Positions 9,127 through 17,572 of a stretch of DNA of 64,000 bases are shown here, piece after piece. This stretch comes from Candidatus Gottesmanbacteria bacterium (GTDB lineage Bacteria; Patescibacteriota; Microgenomatia; UBA10105; UBA927), in assembly GCA_030679255.1 (NCBI GenBank), contig JAUXTO010000030.1, positions 3,420-67,419 on the forward strand. The letters are read 5' to 3'. The position numbers and the translations under genes were made by a program. The number at the start of each line of letters is the position of its first letter. The first letter of the stretch is position 1. A model generated the notes under the pieces. The model saw only the letters and a list, made by a program, of their open reading frames with translations, did no database searches and had not been told where the DNA came from.

Positions 9127-9152
9127 CGCACAAGGAAACACTGTGATAAAAT
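9123..9152 (+). promoter_or_regulatory. sigma70-like promoter (TTGACG-18-TGTGATAAAAT)
   Basis: -35 TTGACG and an extended -10 TGtGATAAAAT. Drives a ~140-nt structured untranslated segment upstream of thrS. Confidence 0.4.
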
Positions 9153-9158
9153 ATTATT

Positions 9159-9300
9159 AACTTCCCGATTGCATGAGACCTAACCAACCTCAAAGAGAAG
9201 CGCCCCTTCGGCGAAAAGAAGAGAATGAAGAACCGTTCTAAAATTGCGATGGAACCGTCCGGCAAAAGTCGGGCTCGCAAGGAAGAACGGTTTTATTGGT
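9159..9300 (+). ncRNA. candidate small RNA / structured leader
   Basis: Hairpin gcgccccttcggcg, then a long stem agaaccgtt...gaacggttt closed by TTTTATTGGTTT. No ORF. Confidence 0.25.
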
Positions 9301-9442
9301 TTATGAATAACATGAGGATCACGACTACCACCACTACAACCCAACAATTTGTTGGGAGATGTGTGAGTGGGTAGAAAAGACAATCACCTCCTCAGACATC
9401 CCGCAACAAAGCGGGATTTTTTATAGAGGGGAGGTGAATATA

Positions 9443-9625
9443 ATGAAACCTAGTGAGTTGGAGCTACGTGAAGGAGCAGCAATAGCTATTCATGTAGATG
9501 TTAAGGATGTAAAAATCATAAACGGTATACCTGAATACCGACCTGAACTGGAACCAAAAATGATGTTTGCGGGAGAGGACGAGAGGAGACCATTAACGTT
9601 ACGATCAGATGCTGATGTAATTTAA
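9443..9625 (+). CDS. hypothetical small protein (60 aa)
   Basis: Follows hairpin cccgcaacaaagcgggatttttt and a perfect SD GAGGGGAGGTG. Located upstream of thrS. Confidence 0.3.
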   Translation: MKPSELELREGAAIAIHVDVKDVKIINGIPEYRPELEPKMMFAGEDERRPLTLRSDADVI

Positions 9626-9715
9626 TGTCAAGCTGGAGCCACGGCGGGAGCTAGCCCCGCCGACGCTCCACCTTACATAAATAAAAACTTTTGTATACAA
9701 TGAAAGGAGATCATT

Positions 9716-11596
9716 ATGAAACACAATGACAACGAGTATCTCAACAACATGCGCCATAGTTGCGCGCACTTGCTTGCTCACGCAATAAAGATCCTGTATC
9801 CGGGAGCACTCAATGCCATAGGACCTGCAATAGAACACGGATTCTATCAGGATTTTGATATGGGCAAGTGGAAAATTTCTGAAGAAGATTTCCCCAAGAT
9901 TGAAGCAAAAATGCGAGAGATTCTTCCAAGGTGGGTGAAATTTAGCTTCAACGAAATATCTCTTGCAGAAGCGATACGACTATTCAAAGACAATAAGTAT
10001 AAAGTCGAAATGGCCACAGAATTTGCCGCAGGCGGCAAAAAGCTCATGACTAACGACCCGGGAGACTTTCTGGATCTTTGTAAAATGGGCCATGTCGAAA
10101 ATCCCTCCAAAGAACTCTCGAACTTCGAACTACTCTCCGTCGCCGGCGCTTACTGGCGGGGAAGCGAAAAAAATAAAATGTTGACACGGATTTACGGCAC
10201 CTGTTTCCCGACCAAAGATGAACTCGATGCCCATCTTCATCAATTGGAAGAATCCAAAAAAAGAGATCACCGTAAAATAGGTCAGGATCTGGATTTATTT
10301 TCGACAAACCCACTTACAGGACAGGGTCTTATCCTCTGGCACCCAAAGCTCTCCGTGACCCGAAATATCGTAGAACAATTTTGGAAGGCAGAACATTATA
10401 AGCGGGGATATCAGCTTGTTTATACGCCCCATATCGCAAGCATGGATATGTTTGTCAAAAGCCGTCACCTGTCCAAATACATCAATTCCATGTTTCCCGT
10501 CATGCTGCATGAGTACATCGAGGGAGAGAGTGCTCCGGATTATCAGGTCGACGAGATACTCAAACCCATGAACTGCCCCAATCATATTCAGATATACAAA
10601 CACCGGCCGCGAAGTTACCGCGAGCTACCGTTGAGGATCGGAGAACTTGGGACGGTGTACCGCTATGAACGCGCAGGAGTCCTTCATGGACTAACGAGAG
10701 TACGGGGATTTACCCAGGACGACTCACACATCTTCTGTACATCTGATCAGGTGATCGATGAGGTACGCGGGGTACTCCGGATTATGAAAGATTTTTACGC
10801 GCTGTTTGGCTTTAAGGACTATCAGGCATATATTTCCACCCGTCCGGAAAAATATCTCGGAACCCTTGAGACGTGGCACATGGCCGAAGAATCACTCAAA
10901 AAAGCGGCTGCCGACGAAGGCTTTGATTACAAAATAGACGAAGGTGAAGGGGTATTTTATGGACCAAAAATCGATATCAAAGTCAAAGACTCTATCGGCC
11001 GGGAATGGCAACTCGGTACGGTGCAGTTTGACTTTAACCAGCCATCTCAAGCGGAGACCACGGATGATGAGATCGAAGAGTTTTGGAAGCTCAAGACGTT
11101 TAAACATAAATTCAAGACTAAAGAAGCGATGGCCAAATACCTCCGGAAACTTGGACGAGGATTTAATGTAACGTATGTGGATGCCGATGGAAAAGAAAAA
11201 CAGTGCGTCATGATCCATCGAGTAATTTTCGGCTCTTTGGAACGCTTCTTTGGCATCCTCATCGAACACTACGCCGGAGCGTTTCCTGTGTGGCTTGCCC
11301 CAGTCCAAGTAGCCCTCATTCCGATAGCTGAGCGGCATAATGAAGGGGCAAAAAAGGCCCTACAGGCTCTACGGGACGCGGGGCTACGCGTGGAGCTTGA
11401 TGACCGCAATGAGTCGATGCAGGCCAAAATCAGGAATCACACATTGCAAAAAGTGCCCTACCTGGCTATAATGGGAGATCGTGAGATCCAGGGTGCAACT
11501 GTATCCGTGAGGACCAGGAGCGGCGAGGATCTCGGGGCTATGAGCCTCGAGCAATTTGTCCGCAACGTCAACGACGAGATTGAACGCAAACACTAA
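9716..11596 (+). CDS. thrS: threonine--tRNA ligase
   Basis: N2 editing-domain HxxxH (CAHLLAH), class II core, C-terminal anticodon-binding domain. Lacks the TGS domain and carries a ~35-aa insertion near 11050..11160. Confidence 0.9.
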   Translation: MKHNDNEYLNNMRHSCAHLLAHAIKILYPGALNAIGPAIEHGFYQDFDMGKWKISEEDFPKIEAKMREILPRWVKFSFNEISLAEAIRLFKDNKYKVEMATEFAAGGKKLMTNDPGDFLDLCKMGHVENPSKELSNFELLSVAGAYWRGSEKNKMLTRIYGTCFPTKDELDAHLHQLEESKKRDHRKIGQDLDLFSTNPLTGQGLILWHPKLSVTRNIVEQFWKAEHYKRGYQLVYTPHIASMDMFVKSRHLSKYINSMFPVMLHEYIEGESAPDYQVDEILKPMNCPNHIQIYKHRPRSYRELPLRIGELGTVYRYERAGVLHGLTRVRGFTQDDSHIFCTSDQVIDEVRGVLRIMKDFYALFGFKDYQAYISTRPEKYLGTLETWHMAEESLKKAAADEGFDYKIDEGEGVFYGPKIDIKVKDSIGREWQLGTVQFDFNQPSQAETTDDEIEEFWKLKTFKHKFKTKEAMAKYLRKLGRGFNVTYVDADGKEKQCVMIHRVIFGSLERFFGILIEHYAGAFPVWLAPVQVALIPIAERHNEGAKKALQALRDAGLRVELDDRNESMQAKIRNHTLQKVPYLAIMGDREIQGATVSVRTRSGEDLGAMSLEQFVRNVNDEIERKH

Positions 11597-12113
11597 TCGT
11601 AAATTTTATCGCCTCAACTACCAAATCGCAGCGAGCGAGGTGCGTCTTTTGGACGAAGAGGGGAAGCAGATCGGGGTAGTGAGTAAGCTCGCGGCGCTCC
11701 AAAAAGCCAAAGAGCTGGGGCTTGATATAGTGGAAATTGCACCAAACGCGAAGCCGCCGGTAGCTAAGCTCATTGATTACAAGAAGTTTAAGTATCAGGA
11801 GGCTAAAAAAGAACGTGAGGGGCGGAAAAGTCAAAAAAATGTTGGCGTGAAGGAAATCCGGCTCAGGCCATTTATCGGACAGCATGATTTTGATACCAGG
11901 GTCGCCAAAGCAAAAGAATTTCTAAGCGATGGCAATCAGGTCAAGGTGACACTCTCTTTTAAAGGACGGGAGATGACGCGGAAAGAATTTGGATTTGCCG
12001 TCGTCAAGCGTTTTATAGAGTCACTCGAGTCGATCAAAGTCGTCCGTGAGCCTAAAGTGCTTGGGCGATATATCGAAGCCATGATCGTGAATGATAAAAA
12101 AGGATCCGTATGA
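11580..12113 (+). CDS. infC: translation initiation factor IF-3
   Basis: EVRLLDEEGKQIGVV...KFKYQ is the IF3 N- and C-domain signature. Start is uncertain: track TTG at 11556, a second in-frame TTG at 11580, and ATC at 11625. It overlaps the thrS 3' end, as is common. Confidence 0.8.
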   Translation: MNANTNRKFYRLNYQIAASEVRLLDEEGKQIGVVSKLAALQKAKELGLDIVEIAPNAKPPVAKLIDYKKFKYQEAKKEREGRKSQKNVGVKEIRLRPFIGQHDFDTRVAKAKEFLSDGNQVKVTLSFKGREMTRKEFGFAVVKRFIESLESIKVVREPKVLGRYIEAMIVNDKKGSV

Positions 12114-12304
12114 AAATGAAAACCAAAAAAATTGCAACGAAACGGTTTCGGATGACGAAAAACGGAAAAATCATGCATCGCGTTCAAGGAGCCCGCCACA
12201 TACGGCGTACAAAAAATAAATCGCATCAGCGCCGTCAAGATCGGCCGGCACAAATTTTGACGACACGGTTTGCCAGAGTCATTCGACAGTTTTTAAGTGC
12301 CTAA
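12110..12304 (+). CDS. rpmI: 50S ribosomal protein L35
   Basis: MKMKTKKIATKRF... is basic and 64 aa. Gene order infC-rpmI-rplT. Confidence 0.85.
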   Translation: MKMKTKKIATKRFRMTKNGKIMHRVQGARHIRRTKNKSHQRRQDRPAQILTTRFARVIRQFLSA

Positions 12305-12307
12305 TCT

Positions 12308-12658
12308 ATGAGAGTCAAACGGGGAGTTACCAGTCACGCGAAACACAAAAAGCTCATGGAGGCCAATTCGGGCTACAGGATGACCAAACGCCGCCTCGTA
12401 CGTGTCGCCAAGCAAGCGTATCTCCATGCAGGAGAACACGCCTTCGCCGGACGCAAAAATCGCAAGCGCGATATCCGGGCGCTTTGGATTACCAGAATCT
12501 CCGAAGCGGTCAAACTACAAGGTCTCTCCTATAGTTCCTTCATTTTTCAGCTCAAACAAGCCAATATTTCTCTTGACCGCAAAATCCTCGCCAATCTCGT
12601 GGTCGAAAATCCGGATACATTCACCCATATCGTTGACAACGTGCGATCCGTAAATTAA
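12308..12658 (+). CDS. rplT: 50S ribosomal protein L20
   Basis: MRVKRGVTSHAKHKK...RKNRKRDIRALWI is canonical L20. Confidence 0.9.
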   Translation: MRVKRGVTSHAKHKKLMEANSGYRMTKRRLVRVAKQAYLHAGEHAFAGRKNRKRDIRALWITRISEAVKLQGLSYSSFIFQLKQANISLDRKILANLVVENPDTFTHIVDNVRSVN

Positions 12659-12816
12659 AATATAAATACATGACGACCCAAAAATACTTTACCTATTTCT
12701 TTTTTACCTCCAAACTTGGAGGCTCTTTGGGTTGCATGTAATTAAAAATTAATTTCAAATACCCACAAGAACCTCCGAAAGGAGGTTTTTTAGTGGACTG
12801 AAAGGAGGTGATATTT

Positions 12817-13032
12817 ATGACAGATGTATGTGGTAGTGGACCTTGGAAAAATACTGACGCAGAAGTCATACACGCAGCGCTTTGGTTAGCCAATAGTGGC
12901 GTAAATATTGCGGGATTGTCTGACGGAGAGGTTCTTTTAACATATCAAAGTGTTCGATATCCAATCCTTCCGGATGTATATAGTGTTGATGAACAATCTA
13001 TATCTATTCGGGTCGCTGGAGAACGAAAATAA
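12817..13032 (+). CDS. hypothetical small protein (71 aa)
   Basis: Follows terminator cctccgaaaggaggtttttt and a perfect SD AAAGGAGGTGA. Located upstream of pheS. Confidence 0.3.
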   Translation: MTDVCGSGPWKNTDAEVIHAALWLANSGVNIAGLSDGEVLLTYQSVRYPILPDVYSVDEQSISIRVAGERK

Positions 13033-13074
13033 TCGATCCTCCTTGCGACTCGATCAGGTTATTCGTACAATGAA

Positions 13075-14973
13075 TTGAGAAGAAAAAATATGACCAACCT
13101 TATCTACATGACCGACAGTTACCGGACTGAGCTTGCCGCTCAGGTGGTGTCGTGCATCAAAAAGGGGAGCGGGTGGGAGATAGTGCTCGACCAAACGATT
13201 TTCTACCCGCAGGGGGGCGGGCAACCGTCAGACAAAGGAACGATCAAGGGAAAACAGGGGCTTGCGACGGTCAAGCATGTCCGGATGTTGGGCGATGAGG
13301 TCATCCACGAATGTGCCTTGAATGGGACAATCGATGAAAAGGAGTCGGTTGAATGTTCCATCGATTGGAATGCTCGGTACCACAACATGCGTGCCCATAG
13401 CGCGGGTCACGTCGTCCATGAAGCGGTGAGGCTCGTCGCGCCATATCTGGATCCGATTAAAGGAGAGCACGGAAAATCCGCATATATTGAGTACAAGGGT
13501 TCTCTTCCTGTCGACAAAAAACCACTTATCGAACAACAAGGTAACGACCTAATCCGACAAAATTTGACCCTTAAAACCGAATTTGTGACTCTGGACGAAC
13601 TTCAAAAGAGAGCTTCGTACATTCCTGAGCATCTTCCAAAACACAAGCCGCTTCGCATTCTTTCGGTAGGTAACTATCCACCTATTCCCGATGGGGGTAC
13701 GCAGGTAAAATCCACCGGAGAAATAGGGGAGATAACTATTACTTCAGTGGATAACGCAGATGATCACGTTCGTGTTTACTACGCAATACCTCCAAACGAA
13801 TCCGATGAAACAAAAAACGATACCTGCCAATCAGTCGACTCAACTGTATCAACATCTAGGCACGATACCGGGAATCAAGCAATCAAAGTGGATCAAATTA
13901 TGACCGCCCCGCAATTTATCGGCCTTCTCTTGGATGCTCAACGCAATGCTAAAGAATTTATTACCATTTCAGATAAATCAGCCGAAGAACTTCGATTGCT
14001 TCTTTTAGGCCCGAAAAGCGAACTTGGCCGGCTCACCAAACAAATCCGTCAAGTACCAGCCTCCGATCGAGGGAATGTCGGGGTGGTCGTCAACGAAGTC
14101 AAGAGTTCTATTATTGAGGCCATCGCCATCCACGCCGCTCATTCCACAACTTCAAAGCCTGGCTTTGATTTGAATTGGGCCGATGTAACAATCCCGGGTA
14201 TTCGACCCCCCGAAGGTCATCTGCATATTGTGTCACAGGCGATCACTGAAATCACGCGGATTTTCGAACGGATCGGCTTCACGCGCGTCCGGCACCCGGA
14301 GGTTGACTGGGATTACTATGCGTTTGAGGCGCTTAACATGCCGCCGCACCACCCGGCCCGCGACGAATGGGAAACCTTCTTCATCGACTACCCCGGCAAA
14401 CCTCCAGGCACAAGGCCTGGCCTTGAGGCTACGCGCAGGAAACAAATTGTGCTTACTCCCCACACGAGCAATGGCCAGGTGCGTGAGATGGAAAAGGGAA
14501 AGCTTCCCATCCGCATGATCAACATTGCTAAGTGTTATCGTCGTCAATCCGATGTATCCCACGTCCCGATGTTTCATCAATTTGAAGGCATGTATATTGA
14601 TAAAGGAGTCACCATCGGAGACTTGACTGGAGTATTTAATTTTTTCGTAAAAAATTACTTTGGTCCAGACCGCAATGTCCGTTTACGCCCGTTCCATTTT
14701 CAATTCACCGAGCCTTCTGTTGAAATTGATATCAACTGTGGTATTTGTCTGGGCAAGGGATGTCGATTGTGCAAAGAAGGTTGGCTTGAAATGGCTGGTG
14801 GGGGTATGGTGCACCCAAATGTACTTAAAGCTGGTGGGGTAGATCCGAGCGTCTACAGTGGTTTTGCTTTTGGATGGGGTGTTGAACGCGCCGCCATGAT
14901 GAAATCCGGCACCAAACTCGATGACATCCGATTGCTGTATAGCAATGACATTCGATTTCTCAATCAATTCTAA
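13075..14973 (+). CDS. pheS: AlaX-like tRNA-editing domain fused to phenylalanine--tRNA ligase alpha subunit
   Basis: N-terminal ~270 aa resembles AlaX (YMTDSY...FYPQGGGQPSDKGTI...HSAGHVV...DGGTQVKSTGEIG). C-terminal ~350 aa is PheS (class II motifs, LTPHTSNGQVR, FGWGVERAAM). No stop codon separates them. Family-1 palindrome in frame at 14407..14430. Confidence 0.75.
   Translation: MRRKNMTNLIYMTDSYRTELAAQVVSCIKKGSGWEIVLDQTIFYPQGGGQPSDKGTIKGKQGLATVKHVRMLGDEVIHECALNGTIDEKESVECSIDWNARYHNMRAHSAGHVVHEAVRLVAPYLDPIKGEHGKSAYIEYKGSLPVDKKPLIEQQGNDLIRQNLTLKTEFVTLDELQKRASYIPEHLPKHKPLRILSVGNYPPIPDGGTQVKSTGEIGEITITSVDNADDHVRVYYAIPPNESDETKNDTCQSVDSTVSTSRHDTGNQAIKVDQIMTAPQFIGLLLDAQRNAKEFITISDKSAEELRLLLLGPKSELGRLTKQIRQVPASDRGNVGVVVNEVKSSIIEAIAIHAAHSTTSKPGFDLNWADVTIPGIRPPEGHLHIVSQAITEITRIFERIGFTRVRHPEVDWDYYAFEALNMPPHHPARDEWETFFIDYPGKPPGTRPGLEATRRKQIVLTPHTSNGQVREMEKGKLPIRMINIAKCYRRQSDVSHVPMFHQFEGMYIDKGVTIGDLTGVFNFFVKNYFGPDRNVRLRPFHFQFTEPSVEIDINCGICLGKGCRLCKEGWLEMAGGGMVHPNVLKAGGVDPSVYSGFAFGWGVERAAMMKSGTKLDDIRLLYSNDIRFLNQF
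14407..14430. repeat. family-1 palindrome inside pheS (encodes GTRPGLEA)
   Basis: ggcacaaggcctggccttgaggct. Confidence 0.7.
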
Positions 14974-14979
14974 CAACCT

Positions 14980-15405
14980 ATGACGGATACAGAGGTACAA
15001 GACAAAAAAATAGTCATTGTTATCAGTGCAAACTTAGCAATAGGACAAGCCGCCAACCGGGCAGCGGTCCTGGCAACTGGCCTAGCTGCTCATGTTCCGA
15101 ATATGATCGGAGTCGATCTTGCGACAAAAGATGGCAAAACACTCTTGGGCTATACGCAAATCCCGATTCCTATTCTGACGACGAAACCCGACACGTCTCT
15201 TTCGGCACTTGTCGATAAAAGCCAGGAACTAGGATGTACGGTTATTCTCTTTTTGTCCAGAGTCCAGGGAATGACGTCGTATGAAGAATATATACAATCG
15301 ATAGGCCAAACCAATTATCAAGACTTGGATATAGACGCAATTGCGCTCTACGGAGACAAAAAATCGGTGACAAAAATTACCGGCAATCTGCCGTCATTAC
15401 GATAA
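14980..15405 (+). CDS. DUF2000 / PTH2-like small protein
   Basis: 141 aa. KKIVIVISANLAIGQAANRAAVLATGLA matches the DUF2000 pattern, a peptidyl-tRNA hydrolase 2-like fold. Lies between pheS and pheT. Confidence 0.45.
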   Translation: MTDTEVQDKKIVIVISANLAIGQAANRAAVLATGLAAHVPNMIGVDLATKDGKTLLGYTQIPIPILTTKPDTSLSALVDKSQELGCTVILFLSRVQGMTSYEEYIQSIGQTNYQDLDIDAIALYGDKKSVTKITGNLPSLR

Positions 15406-15408
15406 ATT

Positions 15409-17496
15409 ATGAATATATTAGTACCAGATTCATGGTTGCGAGAATTCCTTATTACAAAGGCAACTCCGCAGCAAATCAAGGAATACCTCTCTTTGTGCGG
15501 TCCATCGGTTGAACGGATGCATGAGGAGGATGGGGAATTCATTTATGACATCGAGGTTACGGGCAACCGCCCGGATTCAATGTCCATAGTGGGTATCGCG
15601 CGAGAAGCGGCAGCCATCCTCCCACGCTTTGAAATTGCGGCAAAATTACAAAATGATCCCTATTCACAAAACTACGCACAAAAGGTGAGACCTTTTGAGG
15701 CTAATAATTTGACAAAAAAACTCGTTATCAAAACCGATCCGATCCTCAATCCGCGTTGGACGAGCGTCGTTATGGATAACGTGAAGGTGGGGCCGTCGCC
15801 AGTATGGCTTCAAAAACGGCTCGAGGCAACGGGGATCCGCTCGCTGAACACGATTGTCGATGTGACCAATTACATCATGCGGGCCTATGGTCAACCGGTT
15901 CATGCGTTTGACTACGACCAGGTACTGCCAAAAAATGGCGTTTCCACCATGATCCTTCGTGCCTCAAAAAAAGGAGAGCGGGTGATCACTCTCGATGGCA
16001 AAACGCACATCCTGCCCGGTGATGACATCGTCATAGAGGACGGATCAGGGAGACTTATCGACCTATGCGGCATCATGGGCGCCCAAAATTCATCGGTAAA
16101 AAGCACAACGAAAACCATTGTCCTCTTTATGCAAACGTACGAACCCACGCACATCAGAAAAACCAGCATGTCTTTGGCCCATCGAACAGAAGCAGCCGAT
16201 CTTTTTGAAAAGGGGCTCGATCCGGAACTGGTTTTGCCCTCGGTTCTCAAAGGAATTGAACTTATCGCCCAGGTTGCTGGAGGAAAAGTCTCAAGTAAAA
16301 TTTACGATATCTACCCCAAACCGTATAAATCATCTACTGTTTCCGCCTCTCGGACAAAGTCTGATGCCTACATCGGCAAACGTCTGAAAGACAAAGAGAT
16401 TGCCGATATTCTCAAACCCCTCGGTTTCCAAGCAAAAGTCACCAAAGACAGTATCACGGTCACGGTTCCCAGTTTCCGCCGGGATGTGACGATTGACGTC
16501 GACATCATCGAGGAACTGGCACGCATCTACGGCTACCACAACATCACGTCGACCCTTCCGGACACCGCCCCGCCCGTCGTTATACCCGATCAATCACTTA
16601 GTTGGGAGGAAGAAATCAAAGTGCGACTGCGCGATTGGGGATACACCGAAACCTACACCTACTCCATGATTTCCGAAGAACTTATGGATATCTTTGGATT
16701 GGACAAATCTAAAGCGTATAAAATTGCCAATCCATTATCCAACGAATGGGTCTACATGCGACCCAGCCTCTGGCCCAGCATGCTTTCTACCGTCAAACAA
16801 AACATGAATATAACACAAAATCTAAGACTCTTTGAGTTGAGTATGGTATATGATTACCGACGCGGCGATCTTCCCGACGAAAAGCCCGTTTTACTCATTG
16901 CGTGGACAGGAGATAAATTTTATGAAGCGAAGGGACTCGCGGAGGCAATTCTTGATTTGCTTGGTATCGGGATACCTGCCGAATCTGTCATCCCGGCGAA
17001 CGCCGGGATCCAGAGTACAAAAAAACTGGATCCTCGGGTCAAGCCCGAGGATGACAAGCAACTCGATTGGTACGGCGCACAACGACTATCATTTGGTAGT
17101 TTTGGATCCATCGGACTCGTTCACCAGAAATTTCTTGATGCATTACAAATTCATACACCCGTAACCATCCTGGAATTGGATGTTGCAGAGCTTGTCAAGT
17201 ATGCGCGCTCCACCAAGCAATACATCCCCATCCCAAAATATCCTGCAAGCTACGAGGACCTAGCATTCGTGTTGCCACCACAGACACCCGTCGGCCCCAT
17301 GATTGCCGCGCTCAAATCCGCACACTCATTAGTGAGCGACGTTTCACTCTTAGATCAATTTGAAACCACGACCACCTTTCACATCACCTATCTTTCATTG
17401 GAAAAAAATTTGACAACTGAAGATATCCGCCCCATCCGCGAGAAGCTCATCGCCATGGCCCAAAAGAAATTCAACGCGCAGCTCAAGACAGTGTAA
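15409..17496 (+). CDS. pheT: phenylalanine--tRNA ligase beta subunit
   Basis: MNILVPDSWLREFL N-terminus, B3/4 and B5 domains, C-terminal FDX-ACB-like domain. 695 aa, so likely lacks the tRNA-binding B2 domain. 69-bp family-3 element in frame at 16987..17055. Confidence 0.9.
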   Translation: MNILVPDSWLREFLITKATPQQIKEYLSLCGPSVERMHEEDGEFIYDIEVTGNRPDSMSIVGIAREAAAILPRFEIAAKLQNDPYSQNYAQKVRPFEANNLTKKLVIKTDPILNPRWTSVVMDNVKVGPSPVWLQKRLEATGIRSLNTIVDVTNYIMRAYGQPVHAFDYDQVLPKNGVSTMILRASKKGERVITLDGKTHILPGDDIVIEDGSGRLIDLCGIMGAQNSSVKSTTKTIVLFMQTYEPTHIRKTSMSLAHRTEAADLFEKGLDPELVLPSVLKGIELIAQVAGGKVSSKIYDIYPKPYKSSTVSASRTKSDAYIGKRLKDKEIADILKPLGFQAKVTKDSITVTVPSFRRDVTIDVDIIEELARIYGYHNITSTLPDTAPPVVIPDQSLSWEEEIKVRLRDWGYTETYTYSMISEELMDIFGLDKSKAYKIANPLSNEWVYMRPSLWPSMLSTVKQNMNITQNLRLFELSMVYDYRRGDLPDEKPVLLIAWTGDKFYEAKGLAEAILDLLGIGIPAESVIPANAGIQSTKKLDPRVKPEDDKQLDWYGAQRLSFGSFGSIGLVHQKFLDALQIHTPVTILELDVAELVKYARSTKQYIPIPKYPASYEDLAFVLPPQTPVGPMIAALKSAHSLVSDVSLLDQFETTTTFHITYLSLEKNLTTEDIRPIREKLIAMAQKKFNAQLKTV
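16987..17055. repeat. family-3 palindromic element inside pheT (69 bp, in frame)
   Basis: gtcatcccggcgaacgccgggatcc agagtacaaaaaaactgg atcctcgggtcaagcccgaggatgac. Two small hairpins flank a spacer. Encodes VIPANAGIQSTKKLDPRVKPEDD. Confidence 0.7.
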
Positions 17497-17506
17497 TGCA
17501 AATTTT

Positions 17507-17564
17507 GTCATCCCCGACCCGCTTCGCCGGAGCGTCAGCGAGGCGAGCGTACGCCGGAAATGAC
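17507..17564. repeat. family-3 palindromic element module (intergenic, after pheT)
   Basis: gtcatccccgacccgcttcgccggagcgtcagcgaggcgagcgtacgccggaaatgac. Confidence 0.55.
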
Positions 17565-17572
17565 ATACTTTA

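Noticed and set aside
9130-9440. T-box leader upstream of thrS.
   Set aside because: No T-box consensus (AATTAGGGTGGNACCGCG) or specifier-loop architecture.
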